64,000 bases of DNA from Leptogorgia sarmentosa (Eukaryota): NCBI GenBank assembly GCA_964658305.1, contig OZ210885.1, positions 17,112,001 to 17,176,000 of the forward strand. The letters run 5' to 3'. A program made the translations under genes and the position numbers. Shown in pieces: positions 57,701 to 64,000 of the stretch. Each line of letters begins with the position of its first letter. Positions within the stretch are counted from its first letter, which is position 1. The notes beneath the pieces were generated by a model that was not told where the DNA came from, ran no database searches, and saw nothing but the letters and a program-made list of their open reading frames with translations.

Positions 57701-60700
57701 TTGCTTAAGATTTTAAATTTTGCTTACTTTTTGTAGATATTGGGAAGGAACTGTGTAACCATAACACTTATCAGGCCACTTAAAGTCTTATCTCTGTTGT
57801 CCGCAAGAAACTGGTACTTGAATGACCGATTTTGTCTCTCCACGCCATTGTTGGTATTCACCTTCACATTAAAACGGTCTTTTCTGTATGCCCAAACCCA
57901 GCGCTAAATAGTAAATAGAAAGAAATCATCACAGAGATGAAGATAAATGTGCATCTGACTGCACCAATTCAGCCACCCTGTGGGCTTTGGCCGACCCATT
58001 GAAGATTAGCAAAGTTTTTTTTGCACTTTGACGACTACAGTCATTAATCTGCCCAAGAACCTACTTTGCCTGTGTTATTATTGAATATGCTTATACCTTA
58101 CTTTCGCCAATATACTAAAACAAGAAAACCTTATTTACATTTAATTCTTTTTGTAATATGTGTGTTGTTAGTATATATTTTGCCATTCCAGTCTAAAATG
58201 TACTCACTTTTTTTTCAGGAAGCCAGGTTGTATTCATCCAGTCTTGGAGTAATTTGTTTGCTTTCCATAACTCATCACTTTGCAGATTGGTCAGGATGGT
58301 TTGAAAGTCTTTTTCATTTGGAGCTTTGGCCAGAGCACGTAATATGCTAAGGAGCTTATCTTTCTGTTCCTTGTTCACACCATGTTTGCCTTTGTTCACC
58401 CATCTAACCCAGACCTGTTCACGATGGAAGTCACACAGGTAGACAAGACAGTCTAGAAAATAGAAACATTGCGTATTGTCATGGCTTCACTCTATTGTTA
58501 AATATATCATACTATGCAATATTGTACTGTATATTCTATTAATCTGCAGGCTACCCTTACCTGGAAAAAGTCTTTCAATGGCATTTATTTCGGCTTCACA
58601 GAAATCGACCATGAAAAAATCAGGACTCCAAGTTGGGTTCCAATCTCGCAAGATGTGCAAAGCTTCCCAAATCGAATCAGCATTCTCCTGTTGGATCACA
58701 AAGGAAGCAACAACGCAGTAATCGACGTTGGTTTTGACGCACATGAAGAACATAGGAAGGGCATAGCGAGACGTTTTATACGTTGCGTCAAGCAGGCAAA
58801 TATCACCACCGTACTTTTCAAGGAGTTTCCTCTGCCATTGTGTTTGGTGAACCAGAAGAATATTTTTTGATTGCTCCTGTTGTTTTATTTCAACGATGTC
58901 ATTATCGTCGTGGCTATAATTTTCCTCGTCATCACAATTTCCGGCACCATCATCCCCAGTGGTGTTTGTATGAGTAAACGGTCTGAAAAAGTATTTGTCA
59001 TCTGGACTTTCTTTTTCCCATTCTTTAATTTTAAATTCTAGGTTTTCCTGATCAATGTTCGAGTGTCTATGCTGTATTGTTGCTCTATACATGTGATTTC
59101 TCACATCTACGCTAGTAGGGAAGAAACGCCTGTTTGTCACCTCTGGTGGTTTTTGGCCGGCGAAGATTTCCTTCCTCACATAATATTGCAGGTGACGTTG
59201 CATCTCGGAGACGCGGTTTACTCCGCTTGACACCAACTCCTGTATTTTTTTCACCAGTCTCTCATCAATGGGTTGAAGAAGTCCGGAGATCTATAAAATA
59301 ATATAAAAATTATTTAAAAATTAATTTGGCAGTCTGTGTGATTATGTATAATATACACATTGTACAGATGTACGATGCAAGCCAAACAGTTACTTACTTT
59401 TCCTGTGAGGTGAAACGAATGGTCCTCGATCTTAGGGAGAGTGATATATATACGCTTCTCCGTAACAACTTTTCCATCTCCAGCGGACCGAGCATCCCGC
59501 AAGGCCTTTGACGTGTTCTCTCTTCTCTTTTTGGTATCCTCTGTAATCTGAAAAAGTAATTCAGAAATGGACATTTTTCACCTGATATGTCAATATCCAG
59601 CTTACACCTTACTGGGACTTATTGGAAATTCGCGGCGAGAAAACAAACACATGCAATTTATTGCAATAAAACAAGGAATTGCTTTTTATAAATATAAGGC
59701 CGGCATAAGCACTTATGTGTACAACCCGGTGAGTTCAGCCTCAGGAAAAGAAATGTTAGGGTTTTTAATTATATGCGTATATTGGCAATGTATGATTTTC
59801 CTGAACATCAACTTCATTATGTTACACCTATAGCTACGGTTACACTTTAATACCTTATAATCCGGAAACTTAATTATTTTCCTCATGTGAATTCTGGCAG
59901 GACAGCCACATCTTTTCGTATCTTGTACCATAAAACGTCGTTTAGGATGATGATAGGGGTGATCAACTCCATCCTAACAAGAACATAATTCTGTTATTTA
60001 TACTTACAGTTTCCAAATTTATTTCCAAAACAGGCATAAAACACCAGTTATTGAAAAATTAAAGTCAACAAAAGCCACTCTTACGTGCTATTTGTCCTTG
60101 ATTATTTCTATATGATGTCTATATGATGGATCACTGTTTATATATATATATATAGATACTAATACACTGGTGTATTGCTTACGGTTTTTTCGGTCTTCCT
60201 CAAAGCTTCTTTCTTCTTCTTCGCTTTATTTTTATCGGGCCCATTTTGGCAATCTAGGATTTTCATTCCAGCAATTTCAAAAGGGATTCCGTCAAACTCG
60301 AGCTTGTACCCTGTAGTCTCGTCTGGGTCTTGCCAACGCACCCGGTGTTTGTCACGATTTTCCTTGCCCTTTGTATCACTAAACCCTGCTGTTTGCTTGA
60401 ATACAGTAAAGCGACTGGTAGTGGCAATTTCATACGCTTTAATTAGCTCGTATGCAGTAACCTCGTCATTAACATATCCAGAAAAAGAATCGAATTGCAC
60501 TGTAAAATGCGATGTCCAAGGATCGTTTGATGTGAAACCCGCCATTTTAAATTTAAATTTCGCGCGAATTTGATTTTGTTTATATTTAAACCGGAAGCGC
60601 AGCAACCGGAAAACATCTGTGTCATTAACCGCTGGTAAAATATCAAGTGACTGATGGCTCATGGGGTTTAGGTCGATCTTTGTCGGAGGACACGATAGGA

Positions 60701-60989
60701 TCGACCTATACCCTGTTTCTGCTTTTATTTAAAGTATAAAAGTGTGTGCGTGTTAAAATAAAACCTATCGAGTTAACTTGTCCTCGTTTGCGTAAATATT
60801 TACTGCATCCAAAGGAAAAAAGATTGAAATGAAATATACAAAGTATCATTCTTTGAAAACCGGAAACAATTCTGAATATTTCGGAAATCACTCGGGGAAA
60901 AGCGCTTAATGTTCACTGAAGTACCGCTGGTAAAATATTAGGTGATTGCTGGCTCGCGGGGTTTAAGGCGATCCTATCTAGTGCCTTCC
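54720..60989 (-). mobile_element. MULE/Mutator transposon, 274-bp TIRs, 9-bp TSD TGTTTTTGG, nested in D1
   Basis: TIRs GGAAGGCACTAGATAGGATCGCC.. at 54720-54993 and 60716-60989; TSD at 54711-54719 and 60990-60998. Confidence 0.95.
55446..60545 (-). CDS. 7-exon MULE transposase with CaRF-like N-terminus, DDE core, SWIM, Ulp1-like protease and PHD finger; one in-frame TGA at 55908-55910
   Basis: Exons 60545-60183, 59973-59854, 59547-59398, 59290-58561, 58452-58208, 57903-57728, 57399-55446 join in frame through GT-AG introns (1245 codons); LLDATYKT, MVDF, LCDFH, NTNNGVE; CSC..CKH; HW..D..QTNSNDCGLF; YCIC..CSQC..WYHPLC..WRCEKC. Confidence 0.88.
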
Positions 60990-61857
60990 TGTTTTTGGTG
61001 GTAATTAAATACTTGTTTAGTAGTTCGTGTGCGTAGAACTTTGAAATCTCATGTGACTCCGTAGTGACGTAGACTGATGACAAAATAGAATTTTACAATT
61101 AAACAAGACTTACCTGGAAGTTGAAGTTTGATTGGAATTCTAGATTGTCATCAGTCAGGAACGAAGGAGTCACATGCCCATAAGTTATACCCACTCCACC
61201 CAAATTCCTTTGTTCCTGGGCATTTCTACGTGCCCACTCACGATGAAGACTGATTGGCAAGACGCATGCGCATCTCATGTGACTCCTTCGTTCCTGACTG
61301 ATGACAATCTTGAAATCCAATCAAACTTCAACTTCCAGGTAATTCTTGTTTAATTGTAAAATTTGAAAGCCCTGGAATAAAATAATAATCATTTACATAA
61401 TATATGTGTTCGTTTAATTAGAACCGATAGTTCGGAACGTGGGAGTGGCAGGAAATGTGGATAATCTTCAAGATGAGACAGATTCAGATGATACAGACAG
61501 AAATTCTGTTGAATGCTCCATTGTTGTCTAGCGGCATTTTTAAGGAGAGTGGTAATCCCCTTGTCAATTTGCAGAGATTTGTGGCATCTGCTGTCACACA
61601 ATTTGGAGAGGAACTCGATGTACATATTAACCAATCAAAACTCTTGAATTATTTGAAATAAATAATAATGTATATTATATAATACCTCCATACATTCAGG
61701 TCGTTTGATTGGTTAATTATGGTCACGTGATATTGAATAGAAAGTTCCATTTCCCAAGAGTGCAATAGTATGAATACTAGCAATAACACTCTCCAGACCA
61801 GAAATATAGTGCATACAAAACCGGAAGTGAAGCACATGTTTTTTGGGACTTCAGGAT

Positions 61858-62988
61858 GGCGACTACTAAAACGAGATACAGCGATACAACGGAGCCGGAG
61901 CCATGCATAATTTTTGTCAATTAGTATTTTAAACATTCAGCCGTTCAGGGGGGGGGTGGCAAACCAATATTATTCTCCCTAATATTTTTGAAAACGCTTT
62001 GAATGCGTGAAATAAAACTCTGCGCATAGGCATATTCAGCAAAGTTAAACAAAACAAAGCCGACACAATGATTCGTGAACATTGCAAACACGGTTCTTCT
62101 TCGCGTTGCACAAGTTCAGTATTGTTTGTCATTCTATACAGAAGCGCGCAAGGCAATTCATACATATTGTATAAATGGTTGTGTATATTATGTAGTTTCT
62201 TATAAGTTTAAAACCCACAACCTCTCGCAAAGCGCGACAAAGAGACAAAGGCAAAGTGTATCATTATTATACTATTAGTGATATTTTTACAGTAATACGT
62301 GCAGTTTGTGTAGTAAAAGTGTGATAAATGAATGGCTGACAACCACGAATGGAATTTCTACAAGCCTTAGTAAACAACGCCTCGCTTTCACGGTTTCCTG
62401 ACAGTTTGTGGAGGTATTTGGACCAAGGAAGGTACAAAATATGCTTGGTGTCTTTTCAGACAGACACGCAGAATTTACATGGAAATATACTCGGAAATAT
62501 ACGTTCCTGGGCTCTTTGTCAAGGTTCTCGTATTGTCATAGAATGACCACATCACCTTCAAGCACACACACTCAATAAATAAATGATTTAGTTGTATTTC
62601 TTTGCGAGAGGTTGTGGGTTTTGAACTCATAAGTAACTATATACGCAACCATTTATACAATATGTATGAATTGCCTTGCGCGCCTCTGTATAGAATGACA
62701 AACAATACTGAACTTGCGCGACGCGCTGTATCGAAGAACCGCGTTCGCAACGTTCACGAATCATTGTTCGGCTTTGTTTTGTTTAACTTTGCTGAATATG
62801 CCTATGCGCAGAGTTTTATTTCACACGCATTTAAAACGTTTTCAAAAATATTAGGTAGAATAATATTGGTTCGCCCCCCCCCCCTGAACGGCTAAATGTT
62901 TAAAATACTAATTGACAAAAATTATGAATGGCTCCGGGCTCCGGCTCTGTTGTATCGCTGTATCCTGTATCTCGTTTTAGTAGTCGCC
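61858..62988. mobile_element. Non-autonomous MULE-type MITE, ~370-bp TIRs, 9-bp TSD CTTCAGGAT
   Basis: Termini GGCGACTACTAAAACGAG / CTCGTTTTAGTAGTCGCC; TSD at 61849-61857 and 62989-62997. Confidence 0.9.
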
Positions 62989-64000
62989 CTTCAGGATAGA
63001 GTAAGTTGTATGAGAAGTAATGTAGTGATTTTAGTAATTTTTTATATTGGTTTCCATATAAAATTTAAAACTGAGGTGGAGTGCTGATTTTCATGTATAT
63101 TTGGAGTGTGCCATCGAATTGATATACCGTATATAACTTCCATTCTTCAGAAAATCCTTGAAAATTATTATAGTTTTTGTAAAATTATTATGATTTATTT
63201 AGTTATAGCAAACTACTAAAGCTATGAGTGTTGCTGGAAACACAGCAAAAAATTAAAATAAAAAAATGTGGAGGCAAATGCAGAGCATGTTGCAGGTAAT
63301 GGGCATACCTGAGTACCTATTGTGCTCATTATAAAACAGTAAAAACTTCAAAGAAATGATTTTGTCAGTTTCTTCACAACAAACTGTACTCATTATTTTG
63401 GCACCTACTGTACATCAAGTATTATTGAAGGAAATTTGAGAAATCAAGCGGGCAAAGTCGGCGAACTGAGCACTGTACTCTTAGTACAGCTTGTGGCCAT
63501 AAGACTGCAACAATTACACCACTCTAATATGGTTAACTATAATTGATAATCAGCTTGTCCGCTACCAGCTCATATTTAACCAAAAATAATGATATAATAT
63601 TAAATAAATTTCTTTAATCTGGACATAGCAATCCCAGAGAGGCCTAACCGAAGGAAGGGAAAATTTTATGAGACGTAACCAGATTCATGATTGTTGTGGT
63701 ACTTTCAATGGTAAGGCATTACACCAAAGTTTTGGTTGATCTTAATTCTATGCTATCACAGTATCAGTATTAATGATTAGCTATTCATGTGCAAAGCAAA
63801 TCTACAATAAATCATGAATAATTGTAACAGACTAATCAACATTTAATAATACAAGAATCATGTGTATCTTTATAATGTTATCTAAAATTATCTGATATGT
63901 ACATTGCATCTTATGACAGCATGCTCTAAGCATTTTGACACTATTCAGACAGTTTAGTGTTTTTAACTGGTTCACAACAACCGAACAACACATACCTGAT

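Larger units (their letters stand above)
48057..61363 (+). mobile_element. DIRS1-type retrotransposon D1 (outer), internally deleted
   Basis: Left ITR ~48058-48125; ICR ~61046-61175; right ITR ~61245-61360; gag remnants 48290-49408; RT remnant 54041-54680; AATT at both ends. Confidence 0.9.

Noticed and set aside
54818..60891. Twin 61-aa ORFs at 54818 and 60706 (also 34202/38146 and 61929/62602)
   Set aside because: Mirror translations of terminal inverted repeats

Overview
Eukaryotic, AT-rich, intron-containing DNA, probably from an anthozoan cnidarian (inferred from a USOMP5-like gene and the transposon families present). About 1-11.35 kb is a tandem array of 45 copies of a variant 5S rRNA gene (40 full length, 5 damaged). 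Units are ~226 or ~329 bp and are organised into 2747-bp and 1783-bp higher-order duplications. The array ends at a Ty3/gypsy element whose 3' LTR carries a second gypsy element and a MITE. The rest is a nest of transposons whose ends and target-site duplications can mostly be read directly: decayed hAT, a solo LTR, Crypton relics, a hAT with a 5-bp TSD, two Kolobok elements (one apparently intact, with THAP-DDE transposase plus KolX), a truncated BEL/Pao, a DIRS inside a DIRS, a 7-exon MULE transposase fused to SWIM, Ulp1-like and PHD domains, and MITEs. Only two exons of one probable host gene are recognisable. The most intriguing signal is the inferred expression scheme of the DIRS elements: RT and recombinase ORFs without a usable ATG, a slippery heptamer shared by both elements, and a candidate intron that removes RT-RNaseH-MTase. 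All family calls come from motif recognition; no database search was run.
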